Positions 37,756 through 46,381 of a stretch of 64,000 bases of DNA are shown in pieces. Both the position numbers and the translations under genes were made by a program. The notes under the pieces were generated by a model. The model did no database searches and was not told the DNA's origin. It worked only from the letters and a program-made list of their open reading frames with translations. The stretch spans positions 4,005 to 68,004 of the forward strand of contig JACRLW010000056.1 of the NCBI GenBank assembly GCA_016235155.1. Reading direction: 5' to 3'. How positions within the stretch are numbered: position 1 is the first letter of the stretch; each line of letters begins with the position of its first letter. This DNA is from Planctomycetota bacterium (lineage in GTDB: Bacteria; Planctomycetota; UBA1135; UBA2386).

Positions 37756-40700
37756 TCACGGGGTGCCGGAGTCTAGCCGCCGCCGCCGGAGATCGTCGAG
37801 CACCGAGTAGACGACGGGCGTGGCGAGGAGGGTGAGCAGCAGCGCCAGGGTCTGACCGCCGATCACCACCACCGCGACGGCACGGCGCTCTTCGGCGCCG
37901 GGGCCGGTGCCGACCGCGAGCGGGAGCATGCCCGCGACCAAAGCGAAGGTCGTCATCAGGATCGGGCGCAGGCGGTCGCGGTTGCCGCGCAGGATCGCCT
38001 CGTCGCGCGGCACGCCGGCACGCCGCAGCTGGTTGACGTGGTCGACCTGCAGGATCGAGTTCTTCTTCACCACGCCGAACAGGACCAGCATCCCGAGCGC
38101 CGAGTAGAGGTTCAGCGAGTCGCCGCTCGCCCACAGCGAGAGCAGCGCGAACGGCATCGCGATCGGCAGCGAGGCGAGGATCGTCAGCGGGTGGAGCAGG
38201 CTCTCGAACTGGCTGGCGAGGATCATGTACATGAACACCAGCGAGAGCCCGAACGCGACGACGAACTCGTCGAAGGTCCGCTCGAGTTCGCGCGCGCGAC
38301 CGCTGATGCGCGTGGTGTAGGCCGACGGCATCTGCAGGTCGTCGGCGGCGCGCCGCAGCACCTCGATGCGGTCGGCGAGCGCGTGCCCGGGTCCGACGGT
38401 CGCGCGCAGGCTGTTCTGCCGCGCGCGGTCGAGCCGGTCGATGCGCGACGCGGTGACCGCGTCGTCGACGCGCACGAGGTTGTCGAGGCGGATCGGATCG
38501 CCGCCGCGGCGCGGCACGAGCAACGAGCCGAGTTCGCGCGGGTCGTCGCGGTCGCCAAGAGCGAGCCGAAGCTGCACGTCGTACTCCTCGTCGAGCGCCG
38601 GATCGCGGAAGCGCGACACGCGCGGGTCGCCGCCGACCATCACGCGCAGCGCGGTCGCGATGTCCTGCGTCGACACGCCGAGGTCCGCGGCCCGCTCGCG
38701 GTCGATCTCCACGCGCAACTCGGGGGCGTCGAAGTTGAGCGTCGTGTCGATGTCGACGATCCCGCCCGCCGCCGTGGCCGCGTCGGCGAGGCGGTCGCCG
38801 TACTCGACGAGCCGTTCGAGGTCGGGCCCGAGCACGACGAAGTCGATGTCGTAGTTGCCGCCGCCGATGTTGAACGAGCGGAGGTTGCGCGGGCCGCCGC
38901 GGAGCTCCTTGTGCTTGCGCAGCCGCTTGCGCACCTCGGTCATCACGTCGGTCTGCGAGAAGTTGCCGCGGAACGCCGCGCCCGGGTCGAAGGCGAGCAG
39001 GCCCTCGAACAGGCGCGGCAACGAGAACACGCGCGACTCGTGCGGCGCGAGCCTCACGTAGAACGAGCCGCGGTTCACGCCCGAGAGGAAGCTGCCGCCG
39101 GCTTGGGTCAGCACGTTCGTCACGCCGGGGATCGAGCGCAGCTCGGCCTCGACCTCGACCAGCGCGTGCTCCATCGCGGTCAGGCTCGCGCCCTCGGGGC
39201 CGCGGAGCTGGACGTCGAACTCGCCTTGGTCCGCGCCGCTGGGGATGTAGTCCTGCCGCACGAGGCCGTAGAGCGGGACCGAACTCGCGACGACCAGCAG
39301 GCACAGCACGATCACCGCGAAGCGGTGGCGCATCGCCATGCCCAGCAACGCGAGATAGCTGCGCTCCACGACGCCGTACAGGCCTCGCCGCGACCGCGCG
39401 ACCGCGCCCGACTTCGCCGCGTCGTCCTGCTTCAGCAGGCGCGCGCTCATCGTCGGCGTGAGCGTGAAGGACACCAGCAGGCTGACGAGCACCGCCGCCG
39501 CGGCCGTGATCCCGAACTGGAAGAGGAAGCGGCCCGAGATGCTCGACATGAACGAGACGGGCACGAAGATCACGACGAGGCTCAGCGTCGTCGCGAGCAC
39601 GGCGAGCGCGATCTCCGACGTCGCTTCCTTCGCCGCCTGCATCGGCGGCATCCCCTTCTCCTCGACGAAGCGGAACACGTTCTCGAGCACGACGATCGCG
39701 TCGTCGATCACGATGCCGACCATCAAGACGAGCGCGAGCATCGTCACGCCGTTGAGCGTGAAGCCGAACGCCCACATCACGCCGAAGGTCGAGACCACCG
39801 AGGTCGGGATCGCGATCGCGGCGATCAAGGTCGAGCGCCAGCTCCGCATGAACGCCAGCACGACCAGCGACGCGAGGATGCTGCCGAGCAGGAGATGGAG
39901 GTCGATCTCGTCCAGCGCCGCGCGGATGTAGCGCGACTGGTCCAGGATCACGTCGAGGTGCACGTCGCCCGGCAACGCGGCGCGGGTCCGTTCGAGCGCC
40001 TGCTTGCAGGCGTCGATCACCAGGACGGTGTTCGCGTTCGACTGCCGGCGCATCTCGAGGATCACCGTCGGCACGCCGTCGAGTCGCGCCAGCGAGCGCG
40101 GTTCCTTGGTCCCGTCGGTCACCGTGCCGACGTCCTTGATCCGCACCGGTGCATTGCCGCGCGTCTCGATCACGAGGTCGGCGAAGGACCTGGGGTCGAC
40201 GTAGCGCCCGAGCGTCCGCAGCGTGCGCTCGCGATCGACCTCGGTCAGCAGGCCGCCGGGGATGTCGACGTTCTGCCGCTGCAGCGCCTCGCGCACGTCC
40301 TGGATGGTGAGGCCGTACGCCGCGAGGCGTTCGGCGTCGACCGCGACGTCGACCGCGCGCTCGACGCCGCCGACCATCCGCACCTCGCCCACGCCGGAAG
40401 CGCGCTCGAGGAACGGCTTGACCTGCTTGTCGGCGAGTTCGGTCAGTTCGCGGATCGAGCGTTGCCCAGCGACCGCGACCGTCAGGATCGCCTGACTGTC
40501 GTTGTCGAACTTGCCGACGATCGGCGGCTCGATGTCGCGCGGCAGTCGGCCGAGCACCGTCGCGACGCGATCGCGCACGTCCTGCGCGGCGACGTCGATG
40601 TCGCGATCGAGCGAGAACGTGAGCAGCACGATCGACGTGCCCTGTCCCGAGATCGAGCGCAGCTCCTCGATGCCCTCGATCGTGTTGACCGCTTCTTCGA

Positions 40701-40902
40701 GCGGCTGGCTGACCGAGACCTCCATCTCCTCGGGCGACGCGCCGGGCATCGTCGCGCGCACCGAGACCTGCGGGAGGTCGACCTGCGGGTAGCGATCGAC
40801 GGGCAGGTGCACGTAACCGGTCGCACCGGCGACGACCAGCCCCGCGATCAGCATCGCCGCGAACACCGGCCGCCTGATGCAGACGCTCGCGAGGCCCTGC
40901 AT
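37756..40902 (-). CDS. RND efflux transporter, inner-membrane pump (AcrB/CzcA superfamily)
   Basis: ORF 37756..40902, 1048 aa. 'CIRRPVFAAMLIAGLVVAG', 'VDRYPQVDLPQVSV', 12-TM architecture, 'VLMVGIVIDDAIVVLENV'. Its stop codon abuts selC. Confidence 0.9.
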   Translation of the reverse strand: MQGLASVCIRRPVFAAMLIAGLVVAGATGYVHLPVDRYPQVDLPQVSVRATMPGASPEEMEVSVSQPLEEAVNTIEGIEELRSISGQGTSIVLLTFSLDRDIDVAAQDVRDRVATVLGRLPRDIEPPIVGKFDNDSQAILTVAVAGQRSIRELTELADKQVKPFLERASGVGEVRMVGGVERAVDVAVDAERLAAYGLTIQDVREALQRQNVDIPGGLLTEVDRERTLRTLGRYVDPRSFADLVIETRGNAPVRIKDVGTVTDGTKEPRSLARLDGVPTVILEMRRQSNANTVLVIDACKQALERTRAALPGDVHLDVILDQSRYIRAALDEIDLHLLLGSILASLVVLAFMRSWRSTLIAAIAIPTSVVSTFGVMWAFGFTLNGVTMLALVLMVGIVIDDAIVVLENVFRFVEEKGMPPMQAAKEATSEIALAVLATTLSLVVIFVPVSFMSSISGRFLFQFGITAAAAVLVSLLVSFTLTPTMSARLLKQDDAAKSGAVARSRRGLYGVVERSYLALLGMAMRHRFAVIVLCLLVVASSVPLYGLVRQDYIPSGADQGEFDVQLRGPEGASLTAMEHALVEVEAELRSIPGVTNVLTQAGGSFLSGVNRGSFYVRLAPHESRVFSLPRLFEGLLAFDPGAAFRGNFSQTDVMTEVRKRLRKHKELRGGPRNLRSFNIGGGNYDIDFVVLGPDLERLVEYGDRLADAATAAGGIVDIDTTLNFDAPELRVEIDRERAADLGVSTQDIATALRVMVGGDPRVSRFRDPALDEEYDVQLRLALGDRDDPRELGSLLVPRRGGDPIRLDNLVRVDDAVTASRIDRLDRARQNSLRATVGPGHALADRIEVLRRAADDLQMPSAYTTRISGRARELERTFDEFVVAFGLSLVFMYMILASQFESLLHPLTILASLPIAMPFALLSLWASGDSLNLYSALGMLVLFGVVKKNSILQVDHVNQLRRAGVPRDEAILRGNRDRLRPILMTTFALVAGMLPLAVGTGPGAEERRAVAVVVIGGQTLALLLTLLATPVVYSVLDDLRRRRLDSGTP

Positions 40903-40905
40903 CGC

Positions 40906-42186
40906 TCAGCGCTTCTCCGGACCGGCGCGCACGACCACGCGGCTGCCGTCGACGAGCTCGCCGGGCGCGCGCACCACGACGGCGCCCGCGTCGAGGCCGT
41001 CGTCGATCTCGACGCGCTCGCCGATCCGCCGCCCGGTGCGCACGCGGCGCTCGCGCGCAACGTCGGCGTCGACGCAGAAGACCTTCTCCACGCCCGCGAA
41101 CGCGATCACCGCGTCGGCCGGCACGACGACGCGCGGCGCCGGTGCTTCGACCTCGATCGACGCGCGGGCGAAGAGGCCCGGCCGCAAGCGCCGGCCGGCG
41201 TTCTCGACCTCGACCTCGATCAGCAGCGTGCGATCGCTGCCGTCGATCGCCGGACTCGCGCGCACGACCGCGCCGCGGAACTCGCCCGCGATGCCGTCGA
41301 CGGTGAAGACCACGACCTGGCCGATCGCCACGCGCAACGCTTCGCGCTCGGGCACGCGCAAGCGCAAGCGCAGCGGATCGACGTCGAGCAGGCGCAGCAC
41401 CGACTCCCCCGCCGCGACGAACTCCGGCGGACGGCGGCGGCGTTCGACGACCTCCGCGTCGAAGGGCGCCACGAGGACCGACTCGGCGAGCGCGCGCCGC
41501 GCGACCGCCAGCGCGATGCGCCGCTGCTGCAACGCGGCCTGCTGCGAGTTCACGTCGTCGATCGCCTGCTGCAGGCGACTCGCGGCGACGCCGTACGCCG
41601 CGACCGCGGCATCGAGGTCCGCGGGCGGTCGAAGTTCGCGCTCGACGAGGTCCTTGACGCGATCGCGCGTCAAGGTCGCCTCGACGAGCACGGCGCGCGC
41701 CTGCCGCACCGTCGCGGTCGACTCGACGTCGATCGCGTCGTCGTCGCCGTCGGCAGCCAAGCCGAGCTGCACGCGCGCCTGTCGCACCGCCGCCTCGACG
41801 TCGCGCACCGCGAGTTCGAAGTCCTTCGGATCGAGCGCGCCGACGATCTCGCCCTTCTTCACGGCGCTACCGAGATCGAGGTCGAGCTTGCTGATGCGGC
41901 CCGAGTTGCGGAAGGCGAGTTCGACGGTCTCGTTCGCCGCGAGCGACCCGAAGGCGACGACGACGGTCGGCAGCGATTCCGCCGCGGCGGTCGCGGTGAG
42001 CACCTCGCGCGGGGCGGACGGTTGCGGCGCGGACCGCCCGGGCGAAGCGTCGGAGCGCTTGCAGCCCGACAGTCCGAGCAGGACGAGAGCGAGGGCGGCC
42101 GCGGCGGAGCGAGAGGTTCGTGCGTCGATCAGGGAGCAGGCCTTTGGACGGAGCGGCGCACGATAGCGCGAAGCACTTCGCGGCAC
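40906..42186 (-). CDS. RND periplasmic adaptor (MFP/HlyD family) lipoprotein
   Basis: Tail of ORF 40906..42441. Lipobox 'LALVLLGLSGC', coiled-coil hairpin, 'VLVAPFDAEVVERR', 'VVVPADAVIAFAGVEKVFCV'. Start uncertain: either GTG at 42186 (1 nt after the upstream stop) or CTG at 42132. Confidence 0.75.
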   Translation of the reverse strand: MPRSASRYRAPLRPKACSLIDARTSRSAAAALALVLLGLSGCKRSDASPGRSAPQPSAPREVLTATAAAESLPTVVVAFGSLAANETVELAFRNSGRISKLDLDLGSAVKKGEIVGALDPKDFELAVRDVEAAVRQARVQLGLAADGDDDAIDVESTATVRQARAVLVEATLTRDRVKDLVERELRPPADLDAAVAAYGVAASRLQQAIDDVNSQQAALQQRRIALAVARRALAESVLVAPFDAEVVERRRRPPEFVAAGESVLRLLDVDPLRLRLRVPEREALRVAIGQVVVFTVDGIAGEFRGAVVRASPAIDGSDRTLLIEVEVENAGRRLRPGLFARASIEVEAPAPRVVVPADAVIAFAGVEKVFCVDADVARERRVRTGRRIGERVEIDDGLDAGAVVVRAPGELVDGSRVVVRAGPEKR

Positions 42187-42187
42187 G

Positions 42188-42940
42188 TCAGGTTCGCGCG
42201 GCGCGCGAGCTCGACGGAAGTCCCGCCGAAGCGCTCGGCGCCAACGGCGCACGCAGGCACACGAAGGCACCTCGATAGGCGGGAGCGCCGCGAACGGTCG
42301 CGACCCGCAGCCCGTGCTGCGCCGTGCGCCGATGCCAGAGCGCGTCGCCCGACGCGATCCACAAGTCGCCGCCGAGGCGATCGCTGAGTTCGCAGAGGAC
42401 GCCGAACTCCCTGGCGACCCAGACTTGGATCGCCTCGGCATCGTCCTGGATCCGACCGCTCAACTCCGGATGTCGCTGCAGACTTGCGCGAAAGCCCATG
42501 CCGCGATCGGCGAGGGCGAGTTCGAACCCGTCCGCAGTCGGCGCGACGGAGCCAAAGCCGGTGTCCGCGGCACCCGATTGCTGCACGACGTTCGCCCCGA
42601 GTTCCTCGAACACGAACCGCACCGCGCGCACGACGCTCTGCGCCGCATCCGGGGCTTGCTGCTCCAATCGCTCTGCCTGCGCATCCGCCTGCGAACGCGC
42701 AGCGCGCAGATCGACGATCGGCGAGAGCGCATCCAACTCCGCGGCTCGCGCGCCGGACAGCTTGGTCGACTGCCCTCGCGCGCGGCGCGACGCCACGAGG
42801 CTCGCGATGCCGACGCCCAGAGCCGGACCCGGTCGGGCGTCACCGATGTCCATTGTCAGTTCGTCGCCGGCTGCGTCGAGGCCGACGAGCCAAGCGAGCA
42901 GTTCACCGAGATCGGGTGACGGCGGGGCGACGGCGCGCAT
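42188..42940 (-). CDS. GHKL/HATPase_c-like ATP-binding protein (anti-sigma-kinase-like) with unknown N-terminal domain
   Basis: ORF 42188..42940. N-box-like 'RFVFEELGANVVQQSG', G1-box-like 'FELALADRGMGFRASL'. Same strand as the MFP-RND genes and essentially abutting them. Confidence 0.55.
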   Translation of the reverse strand: MRAVAPPSPDLGELLAWLVGLDAAGDELTMDIGDARPGPALGVGIASLVASRRARGQSTKLSGARAAELDALSPIVDLRAARSQADAQAERLEQQAPDAAQSVVRAVRFVFEELGANVVQQSGAADTGFGSVAPTADGFELALADRGMGFRASLQRHPELSGRIQDDAEAIQVWVAREFGVLCELSDRLGGDLWIASGDALWHRRTAQHGLRVATVRGAPAYRGAFVCLRAPLAPSASAGLPSSSRAART

Positions 42941-42997
42941 TGGCGGCAGGATACCCGCGCGTGCCGTCGCCGATCCTCGGCGAGATCACCGCAGTCG

Positions 42998-43016
42998 AGG
43001 TGGCGCATTGCGCCGC
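42998..43016. repeat. Copy B (degenerate) of the palindromic element
   Basis: 'GAGGTGGCGCATTGCGCCGCG' in the gap between the 43171 gene end and the 42940 gene start. One arm is degenerate. Coordinates +/-2. Confidence 0.6.
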
Positions 43017-43170
43017 GTTCCTCGAGCCCTGGGTCCGTAGCCCGGCTGGTAAAGCGGCCGAGGCCTTCTGGTCGTCGCGTCAGCGACCACGCCGGCAGCC
43101 AGGCTTGGCTGCGGCCTCGGCCGCGATGGGGAAACGACGGCCGGAGCATCCCGACCGACCGGGGGTGAAC

Positions 43171-44214
43171 TCAATCCGTCACGAAGCCGATCACCGGCAG
43201 TCCGTACGACCGCAGCACCGGCGCGCCGTCGATCTGTCCGACGACCAGCGCCATACCCGTGCTCGGCGGAAACGCAGCGAGCGAGCAATCCAGGGCATTG
43301 CTCGTCGCGAAGCCGCTCGGACGCGCTTCGAACCACTGAGCCGCGAGGGTGGCGCCCAAAAGGTCCGTGTCCGAGGGCAGATGCAGATCGACCCAGGCGC
43401 GTCCGCCGAACTCGGGAGCGATGTCCGGAGCGCCGACGACGGCGCCGAGCGCGGTGAACGGGACGAGGTGGAGTCCGCACCCGGCCGCTCCGATCGGGCT
43501 CAGATCGATCGGCGTCGCCAGCATCTGCGCTCCGAGCAGCAACCACGTCGCGCTGCCCGGTTCGCCGCGCAACTCGAACGTCGCGGTGCGGCCCGGGACG
43601 AGTTCGGAGCGCTCGACCCACGCCGACTGCGCGCCAAAGGTCGCGGGACGACACGGCGAACCGACCACGGTGACCGCTCCGGACGCCGCGTCCTCGATCG
43701 CGTCGATCGGCCAGAACGCCGCTCCGGCGGGACCACCCTCGACATCGACGATCAATCCGCCGGTCGCAATGCGGAACGGGGCGGCGAGGTCGACGCGGAT
43801 CGTGTCGGACGCGGCCCAGTTCGCGGTGCCCACGAGCGACGGCGATGCCGGCGACGCGACCGGACCGCGATGTACCTCGCTGAGCGACACGGCGTTTGCG
43901 GCGTAGTCGGGCAACGCGCGAGCCGACTCGCGCGCGGCCGGTCCGAGGCGCACGACGAGATTCCAACTCGACGGCGCCAATGCGCCCGTGAGGCGCGAGT
44001 CGCGGCGGAACAACAAGGCTCGGATCTCGCGACCGTGCAGCGGCGCCGCGTGCGCGGCGTCGATCACGAGTTGCCATCGTGCGGGGCGATGGCCGATCAG
44101 GGTCGCCTGGCTGTTGCCGTCGCTGGCCGCGCATTCGGCGGGGACTACCACGAGGCCCTGGGCGGAGAGGAGCGCGGCGCAGGCCGACGCGACGAAGAAC
44201 GAGCGGTGCAGCAT
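43171..44214 (-). CDS. Secreted hypothetical protein with shared C-terminal module
   Basis: ORF 43171..44214. Signal-like MLHRSFFVASACAALLSAQG. C-terminal 'LSPIGAAGCGLHLVP..LLGATLAAQWFE'. Confidence 0.65.
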   Translation of the reverse strand: MLHRSFFVASACAALLSAQGLVVVPAECAASDGNSQATLIGHRPARWQLVIDAAHAAPLHGREIRALLFRRDSRLTGALAPSSWNLVVRLGPAARESARALPDYAANAVSLSEVHRGPVASPASPSLVGTANWAASDTIRVDLAAPFRIATGGLIVDVEGGPAGAAFWPIDAIEDAASGAVTVVGSPCRPATFGAQSAWVERSELVPGRTATFELRGEPGSATWLLLGAQMLATPIDLSPIGAAGCGLHLVPFTALGAVVGAPDIAPEFGGRAWVDLHLPSDTDLLGATLAAQWFEARPSGFATSNALDCSLAAFPPSTGMALVVGQIDGAPVLRSYGLPVIGFVTD

Positions 44215-44474
44215 CAGGGACTCCCGACGACCATCACGGTCGTCGTGAAAGGAACTGGCTTGGTGCCATCGCCGACGAAGATCGGTGTGCCGCCGCGCAC
44301 TCCGGGCGGCAGCAGGAATTCGGCGCGGCCATTGGAGACGCGAACGCGACGCGTCCCGCCACCCGGGATCGCGATCGTCACTTCCTTCACGCCGGCGGCG
44401 GTCTCGACGACGAGCGTGCCACCCTCCATCACGGTGGACGGCGCGCGAATCGGTGGATCGAGTGAGGGCGTCAC
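44214..44474 (-). CDS. Small hypothetical beta-rich protein (~86 aa)
   Basis: Tail of ORF 44214..44546. Start guessed at GTG 44474 (alternative ATG 44429). 'MEGGTLVVETAAGVKEVTIAIPGGGTRRVRVSNGRAEFLLPPGV'. Its stop overlaps the next start (TGATG). Confidence 0.35.
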   Translation of the reverse strand: MTPSLDPPIRAPSTVMEGGTLVVETAAGVKEVTIAIPGGGTRRVRVSNGRAEFLLPPGVRGGTPIFVGDGTKPVPFTTTVMVVGSP

Positions 44475-44496
44475 GGCGCGAGTGCGCAGCGGGACA

Positions 44497-44937
44497 TCAA
44501 CGGCATGCGGCGAGCGGCTCGAGGAACTCCGCAAGTTCGCGTGCATCCGGCGCGTGGCGGATCACTCCGGCGACGCGAGCGGCGAGATCGGCGCGCAGTC
44601 CACCGACGGAGGGCTCGCCTGCCAGGACGGCCTTCGCAAGCCGTCGCACGCCGAACAGGAGCGCGCGATCGCCGCTCTCGACAAAGGTGAGCAGGAACGG
44701 CTCGTGCGCCGCGACCAGCGCTTCGAGGTCGCCCTCCTGGACGGTCAACGCCCAACGCATCGTGTCGTCGGCGATGTCCGGGTCGCGTCCGAGCGCGAGC
44801 CAGGTCGAGCCCGCTCCGCCCGTCAGTCCCGCCACGAACCCGGCGGCGACCCACACCGCGACGGCACGGCGCCTGATTCCGGCCGGACGGACCGCATCGG
44901 GCTGTGGTGCGACGAGGTAGACGGGCTCCAGGTGCAA
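44497..44937 (-). CDS. Hypothetical single-pass membrane protein (146 aa)
   Basis: Tail of ORF 44497..45705. TTG start at 44937 preceded by GGAGG with a 7-nt spacer. TM 'AVAVWVAAGFVAGLTGGAG', then a helical domain. Confidence 0.45.
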   Translation of the reverse strand: MHLEPVYLVAPQPDAVRPAGIRRRAVAVWVAAGFVAGLTGGAGSTWLALGRDPDIADDTMRWALTVQEGDLEALVAAHEPFLLTFVESGDRALLFGVRRLAKAVLAGEPSVGGLRADLAARVAGVIRHAPDARELAEFLEPLAACR

Positions 44938-45085
44938 GGCAAGACCTCCGGGACGAGCGATGGGCGGGATGGTCCGCCGCTGCCTCGGTCCGGTCAAGCG
45001 GTACCCCGCACCCGGCGGCCGATGCCGGCGTCCCGGATCAGGTTCCGGAGCACCGCGTGTCGCGCCACCGGAAGAGTCCCGAGGC

Positions 45086-46381
45086 CTAATCCCAACGCCC
45101 CCAGATCGCGGCGTAGGCCTTCGCACCCTCGACGCGGCCTTTCGCCCACGCATCCGCCAGATCGAGCGCCGCCAGTTCCTTCTTGCCGAGCTTCCATTCC
45201 TTGCTCTTGCCGCGCCACGTGACCAGGGCCTCGGCCAATCCGGACGGGAAGACGTCGCAGAGGAACGCCTTGGGCAGGGTCTCGAGCGCGGCGAGACATG
45301 CCGCCTTCTGATCCTCGCCGTACCACGCGTCGAAGAGCTTCTGGCTGTCCTTGGCGTGGCGTGCCGCGAGTTCGTCGTAGCCGAGGTCCTTGACGAACGC
45401 CTCGACCGCGTCGACGCCGCGGAAGTCCTCGCGCAATGCGACGAAGTGGCCGAGCCAGTCGGACGTCGCGTCGAGCACGAGCGCCTTCTTGGCCGGGAGC
45501 TGCTTGCGCAGCGCGGCGACGTGCTCGCCGGCGTGGTCCTCGATGCGCTTCGCCAGGGACTTGGCGCGCGCAAGCGTCGTTGCGTCGGGGTCCTGGTCGA
45601 ACGGGCGCGGTTTGCCGGTCGCGATGCGGCGCGTGATCTCGCGCGCGGAGGAGAAGCCGGGCACCGCGGTCCATTGGTACTCGTCCGGCCGCTTCTTCGC
45701 GGCAATGCGCTCGGCGAGCGCGAGCCCCCGCGCCGGATCGCCGGTCGTCATCGCCTCGCACCAGTTCAGGGTCTCGTCGGAACGCACCGCGTTGGGCCAG
45801 TGGTTGTAGGACTCCAGGCGTCTCAGGTGCAGCAGCGGGAAGCCGAGCCCCGCGTAATGGTCGCGCGCGCCGACGCTCTGCGCATAGGGCACGACCGGAT
45901 CCGCGCTGCCGTGCTGGAACGCGATCGCGACCTGCTGCACGGCCTTGCCGGTCTTCGACCAGGTCCAGGAGCCCGAGGCGTGCGCGCAGATCCCCGTGAC
46001 GTCGTCGGGCCGCTCCCCCGCGTAATACACGGCGAAGAACGAGCCCTGGCTGTGGCCATAGAGGAACACGCGGTCGACGACGAACGCCGCGCGCATCTCG
46101 TCGAGGAAGGCGTGGAACGCGTCGGCGTCCTTCTTCTCGCCGAGGAACAGCCGCGACCCGTTCGGACCGGGCGAGGTGCCGTCGGCGGACACCACGACGT
46201 CGTCGGGGCGGAACACCTTCGGCGGATGGTTCGCGTGACCCCAGCGATGGTCGAGCCCGGTGCCGTGCAGGATCACGGTCATCGCGACCTTGCGCTCGCC
46301 GTCGTAGCCCGGCGGGATCGTCCACGTCCAGGCGAGCGCGAACCAGCGTGACGACGAGACGGCGAGCGACGATCCGGACAT
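45086..46381 (-). CDS. Alpha/beta hydrolase (esterase/dienelactone-hydrolase-like) with helical C-terminal domain
   Basis: Last 431 codons of ORF 45086..46789, from MSGSSLAVSSSRWFALAWTW. 'VILHGTG', nucleophile elbow 'FLYGHSQGSFF', 'FQHGSADPVVP'. Confidence 0.7.
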   Translation of the reverse strand: MSGSSLAVSSSRWFALAWTWTIPPGYDGERKVAMTVILHGTGLDHRWGHANHPPKVFRPDDVVVSADGTSPGPNGSRLFLGEKKDADAFHAFLDEMRAAFVVDRVFLYGHSQGSFFAVYYAGERPDDVTGICAHASGSWTWSKTGKAVQQVAIAFQHGSADPVVPYAQSVGARDHYAGLGFPLLHLRRLESYNHWPNAVRSDETLNWCEAMTTGDPARGLALAERIAAKKRPDEYQWTAVPGFSSAREITRRIATGKPRPFDQDPDATTLARAKSLAKRIEDHAGEHVAALRKQLPAKKALVLDATSDWLGHFVALREDFRGVDAVEAFVKDLGYDELAARHAKDSQKLFDAWYGEDQKAACLAALETLPKAFLCDVFPSGLAEALVTWRGKSKEWKLGKKELAALDLADAWAKGRVEGAKAYAAIWGRWD

